Origin: a bacterium
GTDB lineage: Bacteria; SAR324; NAC60-12
DNA length: 64,000 nucleotides
Reading direction: 5' to 3'
Assembly (NCBI GenBank): GCA_965205865.1
Contig: CBDBHR010000029.1
Location: 320,001 to 384,000 of the forward strand
Part shown: in pieces, positions 51,330-62,654 of the stretch
Layout: every line of letters begins with the position of its first letter
Numbering within the stretch: position 1 is the first letter of the stretch
The notes under the pieces: generated by a model
What the model was told of the DNA's origin: nothing
Databases searched by the model: none
What the model saw: the letters and a program-made list of their open reading frames with translations, nothing else
Position numbers and translations under genes: made by a program

Positions 51330-52718
51330 TCAGTGAAACAATTTTCGAACTTTTTTCAAATTGAGAGAAGTACACACCACAATAACTCGATCACCATTCT
51401 GGATTTGTGTTTTTCCAACTGCAACTTCCCATTGATTTCTGCGAAAGACCCCACCAATCAGAATACTTCCATTCTCCAGTAAAGAATGCAATTTATAAAG
51501 AGGTTTACGTGTAATGGGAGAATCATGGGCTGCCACCAGTTCAATCACTTCGGCATCGACGCCATGCAAATGGGCGACTGCTAATAATTCACTACGACGG
51601 ATGAATTTGAGAATTTCATTGGCGGCAGAAATTTTGGCGTTCAACGCGATATCCAGTCCTATGGTGGATGCCAGGACTAAGTAATCTTCCTTATTGACCA
51701 GAGCAATGGTTTTTCCTCGACTCCCTTTCGGATCTCGATGCTGTTTGTTGATCAAATGCTTGGCCAGCAAGCAGCTGATAATATTTGTTTCGTTGTCCCC
51801 GGTGGTGGCAATGAAGGTTTCCATATCCAAGAGACCTGCTAGCGCCAGGGCATTGGCATCGGTACCATCTCCATGTAAAACGGTGGTACTGGACAAAGTG
51901 GTCGCCAATTCCTGGGCACGTTTGGCATTTTTTTCAATCAATTTGATTTGAACCGTTCTCTCGAGCAAGTTAGCAATCCGGGAGCCGATCAAACCTCCTC
52001 CCAAAATCATCAAATTTTGAATATTTTGCTGACTTATTCCCATCAAATTCATTAGTTTGGGAATGTCTTCACTACGAGCAAGGATAAAAATCTGATCCAA
52101 GGGTAAGACTACATGTTTTCCCCCTGGGATAATCGTGGTGATTCCACGTCCGATCGCAACCACGCGGAAAGGAAATTCATTGTAAATTTTTGCGATTTCC
52201 ATCAATTGCCTGTGCGCGAGGGGCGATCTTTCTGCCACGCGTATCGCCAGCACTTTCATCTGATTCCCACCGATCTCAATGACATCGTTGGCAGCTGTAC
52301 GCTGGATCAATCGTGCAATTTCCTGGGCCACCAGTTCCTCAGGATTGACCATCAAATCAATGCATAAATCCTTTTTTCCTAAAAGTTCTCCCGTCTCCCC
52401 AAAATCGAGAGAGCGGTTTCGTACTATTTTATATTTGACCCCAAAACGATCGGCAATCAAAGCGGCAATCATGTTCACTGCGTCGTCGTTGGTCGTTGCA
52501 ATCACCAGATCCATTTTTTCAACTTGTGCCTTTTTCCAAGAAGCGGTTTCCATAGCATTCCCCTCGATGGTTCTGACATCAAGGTTTTCGGCAGTGACTC
52601 GGACGAGATCTCGATCGGACTCTACAATCGTCACGGCATATCCTTCATGAGTCAATCGTTTGGCGATATGGTAACCAACCCCGCCTGCGCCTAAAATCAG
52701 GATATTTTGAATGGCCAT
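51330..52718 (-). CDS. trkA: Trk potassium uptake regulator TrkA
   Basis: Two RCK_N/RCK_C units (GAGGVG, GGGLIG, GDGTD). Confidence 0.92.
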   Translation of the reverse strand: MAIQNILILGAGGVGYHIAKRLTHEGYAVTIVESDRDLVRVTAENLDVRTIEGNAMETASWKKAQVEKMDLVIATTNDDAVNMIAALIADRFGVKYKIVRNRSLDFGETGELLGKKDLCIDLMVNPEELVAQEIARLIQRTAANDVIEIGGNQMKVLAIRVAERSPLAHRQLMEIAKIYNEFPFRVVAIGRGITTIIPGGKHVVLPLDQIFILARSEDIPKLMNLMGISQQNIQNLMILGGGLIGSRIANLLERTVQIKLIEKNAKRAQELATTLSSTTVLHGDGTDANALALAGLLDMETFIATTGDNETNIISCLLAKHLINKQHRDPKGSRGKTIALVNKEDYLVLASTIGLDIALNAKISAANEILKFIRRSELLAVAHLHGVDAEVIELVAAHDSPITRKPLYKLHSLLENGSILIGGVFRRNQWEVAVGKTQIQNGDRVIVVCTSLNLKKVRKLFH

Positions 52719-52743
52719 AATGAGATAGAAATGACGGGTAATA

Positions 52744-53964
52744 TTATATCAATTCATATTGAAAAAATCGTGCATTGAAGCGTTGTGGATTTTTAGAGGA
52801 GATATCCACTTCATACCAATTCCCTGCCATGGAAACACTTATTTTTCCATAAACAACTTCAGGATCATTTTTATATTCCAAACATTGAACGATGGCATTA
52901 GCAATCCATTTTTCAATCTTCAATACCACCGTTTTTTTTCGTAAACGACCCTGGTCATCCCTATTCAAGATATTGGGAATGGTATTGGTTGTGATGAACT
53001 GATTCAAATAGGGGGAGTTGAGACTCTCACGCCCTTCTGCGGAAATATAGGTATGGGTGCAATAAAAGAAAATATTTTCAGGCCTTGATTTTTTGCTTTC
53101 GACCAGCAAATCAATGCTAGCGGCAATGGTTCCCCCAGTACGAACCATGTCATCCAAAATAAACACATCACGACCTTTCAACAATTCCACGTCATCGGAT
53201 ATGTTTAATTCCACATTCCTCTGCCCGTAACGTACTTTGTCCACATTGACCAAAACAGAATTTTTCAACCCTGTGTATTCACGCACCCGGCTAACAAATT
53301 CCACTGCTCCGCTGTCGGGAGCAACAAAAGCTACGTTGGCCCCTCCGTCTTCCAGACGCGCCATTCCCGAACGTAAAATATAATTGGCAACAATATGGGA
53401 GATATCCAAATTGATGAAAGAAGGCTGGCTCGGGTGATTTTGACAGACATCTTGATAGATCTTGGCCATCACATGTGGTTTATGATTGTGGACAGTCAAA
53501 ACGAGATCCACTCCTGATTGACGCAAAAGCTTTGCATAAAGGCGAGCGGTCCAAGGCTGACCAATGAATTTTTTACGGGATTCAAAGTCGGTGATCTGCG
53601 GATGTTCCAGAGTTCGAGGTCCCCGATCTTGGGCGGAATAAAACAAATCCGGTTCAATTAATGCGACAAAATCGGCACCGTTTTCCTTAGCTGCCGAGGC
53701 CAACAAAAAATTACGCAGCGCCAACTCATTGCGTGATGAATGCGCAGAGGTTGTGGAAACAATATAAACGGATTTTCCCGCCAACCCATGTCCCATATTT
53801 TTTTCGTTGGGTTCATCCAATAAATAGCGAGGACAAAACTCACTGTTGGCAAAACTCCTTAAAGATACCAAGTCCTGGATATCGATCTCTTGTTGTTTGC
53901 CATATGCCACCCCAATTGCAAAGGAGGCATCACTGACATTTGAAATTATGATACTTTCGCTCAT
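52744..53964 (-). CDS. prs: Ribose-phosphate pyrophosphokinase family protein (long, divergent)
   Basis: FANSE, YSAQDR, VAPDSGA, LDDMVRTGGT, TNTIP. Confidence 0.75.
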   Translation of the reverse strand: MSESIIISNVSDASFAIGVAYGKQQEIDIQDLVSLRSFANSEFCPRYLLDEPNEKNMGHGLAGKSVYIVSTTSAHSSRNELALRNFLLASAAKENGADFVALIEPDLFYSAQDRGPRTLEHPQITDFESRKKFIGQPWTARLYAKLLRQSGVDLVLTVHNHKPHVMAKIYQDVCQNHPSQPSFINLDISHIVANYILRSGMARLEDGGANVAFVAPDSGAVEFVSRVREYTGLKNSVLVNVDKVRYGQRNVELNISDDVELLKGRDVFILDDMVRTGGTIAASIDLLVESKKSRPENIFFYCTHTYISAEGRESLNSPYLNQFITTNTIPNILNRDDQGRLRKKTVVLKIEKWIANAIVQCLEYKNDPEVVYGKISVSMAGNWYEVDISSKNPQRFNARFFQYELI

Positions 53965-53974
53965 CCGGACCTGA

Positions 53975-54616
53975 CTAATTGTCTTGTAAAATAGGGGTGA
54001 TCACCCTCTTTCCTTCAACCTTAAGGGAATCCCCGGCAATCCAACCAATGGCCTTTGGCAATATAAGATGTTCTTTTTTTAAGATCCTTGCTGACAGGGT
54101 TGCTTCGGTATCATTTGAAGAAACAGGGACAGTCGCTTGGATGATGATGGGTCCCGTATCGACTCCCTCGTCCACAAAAAATACGGAGCATCCCGTCACT
54201 TTGACTCCATATTTCAATGCTTGCCGCTGGGCATACAATCCCGGAAATGCAGGAAGGAGAGAAGGATGGACATTGATCGATCGGTTTTTCCAATGTTCCA
54301 CAAATGATGAAGAGAGCAGTTTCATATAACCGGCGAGGACAACCAATTCTACTCCATAGACTTCCAAAATTCGGGTCAGTTCCGCATCAAAAGCTTCTCG
54401 GGAATCGAAGGCATGATGAGGAACATATTTCACTTCAATACTATGCCGTTTTGCTCGTTCCAAAGCGAAAGCCGTCTGCGCATTCGAAAGGACAATTTTG
54501 ATATCGATGGGAAGGTTGCCCGATTCTTGTTGATCTATAATAGCTTGCAAATTCGTACCACTTCCCGAAACAAGGACACCCACCGGCAAAGCAGTACGCC
54601 GAAGCGGGGAAGTCAT
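53975..54616 (-). CDS. purN: Phosphoribosylglycinamide formyltransferase
   Basis: SGSGTNLQA, LAGYM, NVHPSLLP, DTGPII. Confidence 0.96.
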   Translation of the reverse strand: MTSPLRRTALPVGVLVSGSGTNLQAIIDQQESGNLPIDIKIVLSNAQTAFALERAKRHSIEVKYVPHHAFDSREAFDAELTRILEVYGVELVVLAGYMKLLSSSFVEHWKNRSINVHPSLLPAFPGLYAQRQALKYGVKVTGCSVFFVDEGVDTGPIIIQATVPVSSNDTEATLSARILKKEHLILPKAIGWIAGDSLKVEGKRVITPILQDN

Positions 54617-56403
54617 AAGGAGGACTCCAATCCAGCAATTTTTTGAGATGCAACTATCTTTTGCTCCATTTCTATTTTATGAAGCATCAACTGCATACGA
54701 AGATCCGTATAGCGTAATGAGAGAATTTGCACGGCCAGGATGGCCGCATTCACCGTACCGTCGGTGGCCATTGTAGCAACAGGCACACCCGGTGGCATCT
54801 GGACAATTGCCAGCAGCGCATCCAATCCATTGAGTGTTGAAACAATGGGCACCCCTATTACCGGTTTCGTCGTTTCAGAAGCGACAACCCCCGGAAGATG
54901 GGCCGCCATGCCTGCCACTGCAATAAAAACTTCGATTCCCGTTGATTCCGATTCCCTGATAAATTGGCGTGTCCTTTCAGGAGAACGATGGGCTGAGGAA
55001 ATCCACAACCGGTATCCCACACCAAACTTTTTCAAAATGGCGGTAGCTTTTTGTGCCACTTCCAAATCGCTGGTGCTGCCAAGGACAATCCCCACACTTC
55101 GTTTGGGTCGATTGTCCCGAAAATGCAATAATCCTTTTGCTCCGATATCACGGCGGTAAGTCAGTCCATCCCAATGGATACGGTTGACAACTTGATAGGA
55201 TTCCGCCAGAGCTTTTTCCAAAGTGGACCCCAAGGCGGTCACTCCCAATACCCGTCCTCCATGAGTTCGATAGACGGAACCATCCAATCGCGTACCAGAA
55301 TGGAAGATGTAACGCCAAACCTTCTCATCCTGGGGCTGTTCTAGGGAAAGCGCATCGATTCCAGAGATGATTTTCCCGTTTTCGTATTCTCCCGGATAGC
55401 CTTGAGAAACCAGCATCACACAAGCTGCCGCTTCATGATGCCACTCCGGTTTCTGCTCACTGAGAGTTCCATCCAAGGTGGCAAGAGCCAGTGTGAATAA
55501 ATCGCTTTTCAAACGTATCATCAAAGATTGACATTCAGGATCTCCAAATCGGCAATTGTACTCCACTACCCTGACTCGCTCGCCGTCGATCATCAATCCA
55601 ATATAAAGAACTCCTCTGTAGGGAGAACCTTCTTTTGCCATTCCCATAATGGTTGGTTCAACAATCTGCCGGATTACGATTTTTTCAATTGCAGGCGTAA
55701 TTACCGGAGCCGGAGAACAAGCTCCCATACCCCCCGTATTCAATCCCGTATCCAATTCTCCAATGGTTTTATAATCTTGACAGGAAGGGAGGGATACAAA
55801 ATTTTGCCCGTCAGTGAGAATGAAAAAAGAAGCTTCCTCTCCAGTCATGAATTCTTCAATCACAACGGTTGTACCAGCATCGCCAAATGCTTCGCCGGAG
55901 AGCATTTGATGAACCGTGATTCGCGCCTGATCCAAATCATGACAAATCACCGAACCTTTCCCTGCAGCCAATCCGTTGGCCTTGACCACATAAGGCGCTT
56001 GCAAGGTTTCCAGGTAGGCAAAGGCTTCTATTTCTTCGTGAAAGATACCATAGGCAGCTGTTGGAATATGATGTTGCAACATAAAGTCTTTTGCAAAAGC
56101 TTTACTGCCTTCCAGTGCAGCGGCGGCGGCCCCGGGACCAAATGCTTTGTAACCTCTGGTTTCTATTTTATCAACCAACCCCTCCACCAAATAATCTTCT
56201 TGTCCTACAAAAGTGAGATCAATGTATTCCTGTTGAATAAAAGATAGAATAGCATCATGGTTTTCCAGCGAAACCGGCACCGCATGCGGACGCATACCGT
56301 CGTTTCCCGGAGCAACGAAAACATTTGCGACTCTGGGGCTTTGCTTCATTTTCCAGACAAGGGCATGTTCTCGTCCGCCGCTGCCAATTACTAATACCTT
56401 CAT
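54613..56403 (-). CDS. purD: Fused phosphoribosylamine-glycine ligase and N5-CAIR mutase (PurD-PurE)
   Basis: GSGGREHAL, NTGGMG, RFGDPE, followed by SAHRSP, AAHLPGV, QMPPGVPVA. Confidence 0.93.
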   Translation of the reverse strand: MKVLVIGSGGREHALVWKMKQSPRVANVFVAPGNDGMRPHAVPVSLENHDAILSFIQQEYIDLTFVGQEDYLVEGLVDKIETRGYKAFGPGAAAAALEGSKAFAKDFMLQHHIPTAAYGIFHEEIEAFAYLETLQAPYVVKANGLAAGKGSVICHDLDQARITVHQMLSGEAFGDAGTTVVIEEFMTGEEASFFILTDGQNFVSLPSCQDYKTIGELDTGLNTGGMGACSPAPVITPAIEKIVIRQIVEPTIMGMAKEGSPYRGVLYIGLMIDGERVRVVEYNCRFGDPECQSLMIRLKSDLFTLALATLDGTLSEQKPEWHHEAAACVMLVSQGYPGEYENGKIISGIDALSLEQPQDEKVWRYIFHSGTRLDGSVYRTHGGRVLGVTALGSTLEKALAESYQVVNRIHWDGLTYRRDIGAKGLLHFRDNRPKRSVGIVLGSTSDLEVAQKATAILKKFGVGYRLWISSAHRSPERTRQFIRESESTGIEVFIAVAGMAAHLPGVVASETTKPVIGVPIVSTLNGLDALLAIVQMPPGVPVATMATDGTVNAAILAVQILSLRYTDLRMQLMLHKIEMEQKIVASQKIAGLESSL

Positions 56404-56423
56404 TCTTCCAGATCAGTCTACAC

Positions 56424-57872
56424 TTATTTTTCAGAAATAATGATATATTGCGATCCCTCTTGATTTTGAATGAGAAACAAGACCCCTTCCTCAATATCAG
56501 CCGCTTTGATAGCTGCTTTGAAACTGTCCAGATTAGTGATTGGGTGGCGATCCACTTCCACTATCAATGTTCCGACTTCCAAGTTGGCTTTGTCAGCAGG
56601 AGATTGAGGTTCAATCTTAGTAATCAGGGCACCCGTTCCGGGTTCATAACCGTATTGCTCTGCTGTTTTTTGTGTTAGATCTTCAACGCTGATTCCCAGA
56701 AAGGAATCTTCTTCCGGTTGCGTTTGAGTCATGAGAGGATTCTTTGGTCTTTCCTCCAGCTTGACCTTGATGGTTTCTGTTTTGCCATCGCGGAAAATCT
56801 CAATTTCCACAATCGTATTGGCCCTGGCAACTGCAACCATATTGCGAAACTGGGCGCTGTTACGAATGGTTCTCCCATTAAACGCAATGACGACGTCTCC
56901 TTTTTGAATACCTGCTTTGCCGGCCGGCGTATTTTTAAAAACCATTGTGATAAGGGAGCCATTTGTACTTTCCAACCCAAATGCCTTGGCCAGTCTTCCG
57001 TCAACATCCTGAATCCCTACTCCCAACCAACCTCGTGATACACTGCCTTTACTGATCAAATCTTCCATGATTTGGCGTGCCATATTGATTGGAACCGCAA
57101 AACCAACGCCCTGATAACTACCACTTCGTGTAAAGATTGCGGTATTCACGCCTATGATTTCTCCTCTTAGATTAATCAAAGGTCCACCGCTATTTCCCGG
57201 ATTGATTGCCGCATCGGTTTGAATAAAATCCTCGTAATCGGTGATGCCAATGTTGGTTCTTCCTTTTGCGCTGATGATTCCAAGAGTCACGGTTCGTGAC
57301 AAGCCAAATGGATTACCAATGGCAATCACCGATTCCCCCACATCCATGAGGTCCGAATCGCCGAAAGGAAGCACTGGTAACTCGACTCCGTCAATCTTAA
57401 TCACGGCAAGGTCAGAAGGTGGATCGGTGCCAATCAGTTTGGCTTCCATCTGCCTGCCGTCACTCAACATGACAAGAATTTTGTCGGCGCTACCAACTAC
57501 GTGATTGTTTGTCAAAATGTAGCCATTCTTGTCGAGAATTGACCCTGATCCCATCCCTTCCTGTCTGAATCTTCGAGGCATATCCGGAGAATCGGGACGT
57601 TGCGGGGAAAAACGATCAAATAATTCATTGTTGGATGGATTCTGATTGCCAAATCTCTGGCCTTGTTGCATTATCTCGACTTCAATATGCACGACTGCAT
57701 CCTGTACCTTTTTGACAATAACCGCCCGCGCTTTTGAAGCAAGGATGAGGGCTTTCATGGCATTTTCCACTTCGGCTTCGTCAGCAAACACAAACTTTGC
57801 CAGCATAAGGAATAATAAACTCAAAACCAATAATTCTTTTTTACACTTCACCATTTTTGTTATTCTCGACAT
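56424..57872 (-). CDS. DegP/DegQ (HtrA) serine protease with two PDZ domains
   Basis: TNNHVV, DLAV, QTDAAINPGNSGG; AAGGAGG upstream of the ATG at 57872. Confidence 0.93.
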   Translation of the reverse strand: MSRITKMVKCKKELLVLSLLFLMLAKFVFADEAEVENAMKALILASKARAVIVKKVQDAVVHIEVEIMQQGQRFGNQNPSNNELFDRFSPQRPDSPDMPRRFRQEGMGSGSILDKNGYILTNNHVVGSADKILVMLSDGRQMEAKLIGTDPPSDLAVIKIDGVELPVLPFGDSDLMDVGESVIAIGNPFGLSRTVTLGIISAKGRTNIGITDYEDFIQTDAAINPGNSGGPLINLRGEIIGVNTAIFTRSGSYQGVGFAVPINMARQIMEDLISKGSVSRGWLGVGIQDVDGRLAKAFGLESTNGSLITMVFKNTPAGKAGIQKGDVVIAFNGRTIRNSAQFRNMVAVARANTIVEIEIFRDGKTETIKVKLEERPKNPLMTQTQPEEDSFLGISVEDLTQKTAEQYGYEPGTGALITKIEPQSPADKANLEVGTLIVEVDRHPITNLDSFKAAIKAADIEEGVLFLIQNQEGSQYIIISEK

Positions 57873-58169
57873 TGTATGAACATCCTCCTTCTTCTCCTTT
57901 ATCCCGAAAGCGGCTTGCAACATGTTTGGAACATTTTTGACAATAATTTTTCTTAGTATAAATGTCCAGATCAAAAAATCAAATAATTCCGTCCATGCTG
58001 AATATAAACAGGCATCTTCTTTGTTTACAAATTTCTCAGAAACTTGTATAGTTACATCACACAATAAACCTCATGAATCTTTTTGAGTGAAAGAAGGAAA
58101 TTGAGACGACCATGTACTCTTCAAAACCGCTTTCAGCAAACCCAATACCCTGATTTGGAAAGGATCTTT

Positions 58170-59651
58170 ATGTTGAAAGAGAGAATGGATTCGAGTTTGA
58201 CGTTTGATGATATCTTGCTAATTCCCGATTATTCGGATGTCTTACCACACCATTGTTCCATCCAAACACGACTCACCAAGAATCTCAGGTTGAATATTCC
58301 TTTGGTCAGTGCGGCAATGGATACCGTGACAGAATTTCATACCGCCATTGCGATAGCGCAAGAGGGAGGAATCGGTACAATTCATAAAAACATGTCCATA
58401 GCCGAGCAAGCGCGACATGTCGGAAAAGTCAAACGTTCCGAAAGTGGAATGATCACCGATCCAATTACAGTGTCTCCTGAACAACCCGTTCGGGATGCAA
58501 TGGAACTGATGCAACAAGAGCATATATCCGGAGTGCCGGTCACCCAAGGAAAGGAATTGGTAGGCATTTTAACCAACAGAGATTTGCGATTTGAAACCAA
58601 TTTTGAACAGCAAATTGCAGCAGTGATGACTAAAGGACGGGACAAATTGATCACGGTTTCGCCGAACATTGATCTGGAAGAAGCAAAAAAATTGTTGCAC
58701 TACCATCGGATCGAAAAATTGTTGGTCGTTTCCAATTCTTACGAATTAGTGGGTTTGATTACTATCAAAGACATCGAAAAATCCAGGCAATACCCCAACG
58801 CAAACAAAGATGGAGCCGGTCGGCTTCGAGTGGGAGCAGCCATCGGTGTTTCTCGAGATTTGCCGGAAAGAGTGGAAGCTTTGATTCAGGCAGGTGTGGA
58901 TGTCGTCATTTTTGACACCGCTCATGGACACTCCAAAGATGTATTGGAAAATATTTCTCTGTTGCGTACTACTTTTCCGGATTTGGAAATGATTGGGGGC
59001 AATGTTGCGACCGCAGAGGCGGCACAAGCTCTCATCAAAACAGGAGTGGATGCTGTGAAAGTGGGGGTCGGTCCGGGGTCCATTTGTACGACAAGAATGA
59101 TTGCTGGAGTCGGAATACCGCAAATCACAGCAATCGATCAGGTGCGTTCCGTTACAGATCGCTACGATATTCCTTTGATTTCAGATGGGGGGATCAAGTA
59201 TTCCGGTGACGTAGTAAAAGCCTTGGCTTGCGGTGCGCATTCGGTGATGTTGGGCAATGCCCTGGCCGGAACAACTGAAACACCGGGCACCGTGATCCTT
59301 TATCAAGGACGGCGCTATAAAATGTATCGTGGAATGGGATCGACAGGAGCGATGAAAGAAGGCAGCAAAGACCGTTATTTCCAAAACGCGGTCGAAGATA
59401 TGAAGCTGGTGCCCGAAGGCATTGAAGGCCGGGTTCCTTACAAAGGTCCTCTGGCAGAAACGCTTCATCAATTCATCGGAGGATTGCGTGCCGGTATGGG
59501 TTACACGGGGTGTCGAACTATAGAAGAACTGCGTACTAAACCTCGCTTTGTCAAACTCACCAATGCGGGTCTGAAAGAAAGCCACGTCCATGATGTATTC
59601 ATAACCGAGGAAGCGCCAAACTATCCCGCTACGAAAGCCAATCCTTTCTAA
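58170..59651 (+). CDS. guaB: IMP dehydrogenase
   Basis: [35 protein letters not shown]. Confidence 0.98.
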   Translation: MLKERMDSSLTFDDILLIPDYSDVLPHHCSIQTRLTKNLRLNIPLVSAAMDTVTEFHTAIAIAQEGGIGTIHKNMSIAEQARHVGKVKRSESGMITDPITVSPEQPVRDAMELMQQEHISGVPVTQGKELVGILTNRDLRFETNFEQQIAAVMTKGRDKLITVSPNIDLEEAKKLLHYHRIEKLLVVSNSYELVGLITIKDIEKSRQYPNANKDGAGRLRVGAAIGVSRDLPERVEALIQAGVDVVIFDTAHGHSKDVLENISLLRTTFPDLEMIGGNVATAEAAQALIKTGVDAVKVGVGPGSICTTRMIAGVGIPQITAIDQVRSVTDRYDIPLISDGGIKYSGDVVKALACGAHSVMLGNALAGTTETPGTVILYQGRRYKMYRGMGSTGAMKEGSKDRYFQNAVEDMKLVPEGIEGRVPYKGPLAETLHQFIGGLRAGMGYTGCRTIEELRTKPRFVKLTNAGLKESHVHDVFITEEAPNYPATKANPF

Positions 59652-59724
59652 TCTAATTTAATTCCTATGAACAAAAGCAAAATCCCTGCTGAGTTGCGCC
59701 ACGTTTGTCTTCTTTGATATCCCT

Positions 59725-60774
59725 ATGAAGTTTTTGCGAACTATCCAACAAATCAGCCTGGCAATTGCCCTTACGCTCACCATGGGCTGCGCCTTTCAAT
59801 ATAGAGAAGGCCAGGAACTTGAAGAAAAGGGACGTTTGGAAGAAGCAGCCATTGCCTACCAGTCAGCCTTTGTTGAAGACCCGGGCAATGAAGAGATTCT
59901 GGAAGCGTTGCAACGTACCAACAAAAAGGTGGCAGAAGAAAATCTGCAACGATACCAAGGTTATTTAGATAAACGGCAGTTTCAGAAAGCATATCGTCGT
60001 TTGAACGCGGCTGCTATTCAAAATCCGGCATCAACCAAAGTGCAATCGGAACAATCTCATTGGCATAAAATATTGATTGCTGGAAAAATATCCTTTCAAT
60101 TTGACCGGTTGCAGGCCAATATTCGATTGGCAGAAACGATGCAGCTTCAAATCCTCGTCAAATCCCCTTCCGGGCAAATACTGACTGCCGATATCTCCAA
60201 CGAAACCGGTTTGTTTTTCATGGAAGACTTGCTGTATCAAATTGACCTTGAGAAAATCCCTCTTTATTCAATCAATGCCATCGGATTGAAATTGGAGCGC
60301 ATAACTGACAATCAAGAAACCGAGCAAGAATTTCAAAATTTCGTCAATTTCCGCGGATTGCTTTTTGAAGGCGGCACTGGCAGGCTCCGCATACAGTCCG
60401 AAGTTCCAGTCCACGCGGTTGTGTCACATCGGATGCAATTGATCGATTCTCAATCTTCCACTATCCACCCATGGTTTCCTCCCCGCCTCATTCGGTATTC
60501 TCTTCTGCTCCAAGACGATGAAATTCAAGTGATCACTGAAGAGAGAATCGAATTCATGCCGGATGTGCTCTATCTCAATAATGCTCAGCAACGTGCCTTT
60601 GTTGATTTTGGCGTTTTTCAGTTGACCTTAAATCCTCAATCACAAGTATGGAGCATCAGTAAAGTGCCATATCAGATTCCTGCAGAAGATTATTTCCATC
60701 AATTTTCTAAAAACTTGGCACTCTCTCCGTATTTTTCTTACAGGGAGGGAGCATACCGGTATTTGAAAAAATGA
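59725..60774 (+). CDS. Hypothetical lipoprotein with N-terminal TPR-like region
   Basis: Lipobox-like TMGC and helical TPR-like segment; long clean ORF. Confidence 0.65.
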   Translation: MKFLRTIQQISLAIALTLTMGCAFQYREGQELEEKGRLEEAAIAYQSAFVEDPGNEEILEALQRTNKKVAEENLQRYQGYLDKRQFQKAYRRLNAAAIQNPASTKVQSEQSHWHKILIAGKISFQFDRLQANIRLAETMQLQILVKSPSGQILTADISNETGLFFMEDLLYQIDLEKIPLYSINAIGLKLERITDNQETEQEFQNFVNFRGLLFEGGTGRLRIQSEVPVHAVVSHRMQLIDSQSSTIHPWFPPRLIRYSLLLQDDEIQVITEERIEFMPDVLYLNNAQQRAFVDFGVFQLTLNPQSQVWSISKVPYQIPAEDYFHQFSKNLALSPYFSYREGAYRYLKK

Positions 60775-60801
60775 AAGCACTTCTTCCTTCTGTTTGGGAT
60801 T

Positions 60802-62037
60802 ATGAAGCAATTCTTCACGATAGCTGGCATGTGGCTATGCATGAGTACCCAATTGATGGCAACTCCGGGAGTCACAGAAAGTGAAATCCTCATCGGCAGT
60901 CATCAGCCCTTGTCGGGACCAGCAGCTCAATTTGCGGTTATCAGCAAAAGCACTGAAATCTATTTCCGTTATATCAACGATCACGGGGGGATTCATGGGC
61001 GTCGTCTCCAATATCTCTATTTGGATGATGGGTTTCTACCTGAGCAAACCCGGATTGTTGCACGACGTTTGGTCTTGCGGGATTCAGTGTTCCTTTTGCT
61101 AAATGGTTTAGGGACCCGTTCCCATTCAGCAGTAGCGAATTGGTTGCAAGCATTGAAAATTCCGGATTTCTTTGTTGGGTCCAGTGATCCTCAATGGGTG
61201 GAACCTTTGAAAGAAACCGTCTTTGGATTCTATCCGCCTCCCCGAATTGAGGGAAGAATACTGGCTAAGCATCTGCTTCAATCGTTTCAAGGAGGCCGTA
61301 TTGTCGTTTGGTATCGTGATGATCCTATTATGAAACAAACAAGTGGATATTTTTCCGAGTTGTTGATGCAGAAGGATTTATTTTCGGAGCAAATGCCAAG
61401 TCTGATCAGTGAATTGGATTTGTTCTCTGCTCCGGAGCAATTCAAGCAACGGAATCGTTTTCAGGTTGAGCAGGTATCACATCCAGTGATAGGATTGGAT
61501 TTGAACGCTAGTCTGGAGCAAATCAAGCAGTTGAATCCGCAAATTTTAGTGCTTTTCACTACTCCCCAACCTGCCGTAGAAATTCTTCAGCAATTATCGC
61601 GAATAGACTTTTCGGGCAGCATATATTTAGGACTCGATTTGGCGGATAGCCGTCTGTTGGAATGGGTGGGGCCCCCCGCTATGGAAGGTGTTTCGGTGTT
61701 GATCGCCCATCCTCTCATTTCGCAAACAGAACACCCGGGTATTCAGTTGCACGATGCTTTACTTCGAGAGTATGCTCCTGAATTGGAGATGAATCGTTGG
61801 ACAATTTATGGACAAGCAGTGGCAGAGTTGATGGTGGAGATTTTGTTCCGCAGTGGTAGCGAATTAACCCGCAATCACGTGATTTACACTGCCGAACAAT
61901 TGGACCAATGGCAGGGATTGCTCAATCCACCCATCACCCTCAGCTCTCAAAATCATCTGCCCATCAGCCAATTGAAAGTGGCGCAGGTAAAGGAGGGGAA
62001 GTTCGAAGTCATTTCAGATTGGATTGATGCCCAATGA
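60802..62037 (+). CDS. LivJ-like (branched-chain amino acid type) ABC substrate-binding protein
   Basis: PGVT..EILIG..PLSGPAA, IND.GGIHGR, DDG. Confidence 0.85.
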   Translation: MKQFFTIAGMWLCMSTQLMATPGVTESEILIGSHQPLSGPAAQFAVISKSTEIYFRYINDHGGIHGRRLQYLYLDDGFLPEQTRIVARRLVLRDSVFLLLNGLGTRSHSAVANWLQALKIPDFFVGSSDPQWVEPLKETVFGFYPPPRIEGRILAKHLLQSFQGGRIVVWYRDDPIMKQTSGYFSELLMQKDLFSEQMPSLISELDLFSAPEQFKQRNRFQVEQVSHPVIGLDLNASLEQIKQLNPQILVLFTTPQPAVEILQQLSRIDFSGSIYLGLDLADSRLLEWVGPPAMEGVSVLIAHPLISQTEHPGIQLHDALLREYAPELEMNRWTIYGQAVAELMVEILFRSGSELTRNHVIYTAEQLDQWQGLLNPPITLSSQNHLPISQLKVAQVKEGKFEVISDWIDAQ

Positions 62038-62654
62038 CCACGGTGTTTCCATTCCCCTGGCCTTCGGCAGCGGAATCTCAGATCCGATCTTGTCTGCAAG
62101 AAGGAAGAACAATTGTTTTCCCAACCGAGACTATCTATGCATTGGGAGGAAATGCATGGTCAGCACCTCTTGTGGAACGTATTTTTCAGATCAAACAACG
62201 CCCCCGGCAAAAACCTCTTCCGCTCTTGATCGATCCTCAATGGCTACCTCGGTTCAGTATCGGCACTTCAATCCTGATTGAAGAACTGATCCGGCAATTC
62301 TGGCCAGGACCTCTCACCCTGATTGTACCTGCTGACCCCGATCTGCCTCGCTTTTTAAAGAGCCCTCATGAAACCGTTGCTGTTCGTCATTCCAACTCTC
62401 CTGTTGTGCAGAAACTAATTTCTGCAGGACGATGCCCCTTGATCGGCACCAGCGCCAATTTGAGCAATTCACCAGAAAATCAAAGACCCTGTGAAGTTTT
62501 GGATCAACTTGATGGTGCAATCGATTTATTGATCGACGGAGGAAAAACTCCGGGAGTGCAACCTTCTACTATCGTCGATACCACCAAAAGGCCTTTTCGA
62601 ATTGTCCGACCTGGCCTCATCTCTTCCAAAGATTTGCAGCCCTATCTTCAGTGA
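62034..62654 (+). CDS. tsaC: L-threonylcarbamoyladenylate synthase (YrdC/TsaC)
   Basis: FPTETIYALG, K.RP..KP, FWPGPLT, TSANLS, PSTIVD. Confidence 0.92.
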   Translation: MTTVFPFPWPSAAESQIRSCLQEGRTIVFPTETIYALGGNAWSAPLVERIFQIKQRPRQKPLPLLIDPQWLPRFSIGTSILIEELIRQFWPGPLTLIVPADPDLPRFLKSPHETVAVRHSNSPVVQKLISAGRCPLIGTSANLSNSPENQRPCEVLDQLDGAIDLLIDGGKTPGVQPSTIVDTTKRPFRIVRPGLISSKDLQPYLQ

